In this document: in pieces, positions 63,895 through 64,000 of the stretch
How positions within the stretch are numbered: the stretch's first letter is position 1
Layout of the letters: each line of letters starts with the position of its first letter
From: Eledone cirrhosa
Lineage: Eukaryota
Length of the DNA: 64,000 bases
Direction: 5' to 3'
NCBI GenBank assembly: GCA_964016885.1
Contig: OZ024756.1
Location: forward strand, 6,200,001 to 6,264,000
Translations under genes and position numbers: made by a program
Notes under the pieces: generated by a model
The model's database searches: none
Told to the model about the DNA's origin: nothing
The model's input: only the letters and a program-made list of their open reading frames with translations

Positions 63895-64000
63895 TGTGTG
63901 AACATGTGTGTGTGTGTGTGAGAGTGTATAAACACACCTAGACAGAGAAAGTAGAATTCCGTTGATTTACAGGTCAGAGAGAATAATATATATTTGTTTT

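Overview
AT-rich, repeat-dominated eukaryotic DNA. The SINE types and (TA)n/(CA)n/(GA)n load resemble an octopod cephalopod, which is inference from recognition only. Nearly all ORFs in the supplied track are microsatellite artefacts. The only convincing host coding sequence is an 89-nt minus-strand exon encoding part of a CUB domain (49398-49486), so much of the window is probably intronic. Contents: about 16 copies of a tRNA-derived SINE, CORE-like SINEs, hAT and mariner MITEs with TSDs, 3' fragments of RTE-like, CRE-like and Ingi/Vingi-like LINEs, and three large tandem arrays (40, 67 and 46-48 bp units). Two hidden systems stand out. (1) About 15 minimal type-I hammerhead ribozyme motifs from several unrelated families sit in short, often fold-back, non-coding elements inserted at (TA)n tracts, resembling Penelope pseudo-LTRs or retrozymes; they include a U3-A8 core variant and a terminally redundant 426-bp monomer. 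(2) The 4.2-kb 67-bp satellite is a tandem array of about 63 SINE-derived Pol III A-box/B-box heads with no T4 terminator on that strand. All coordinates and pairings were read by eye.
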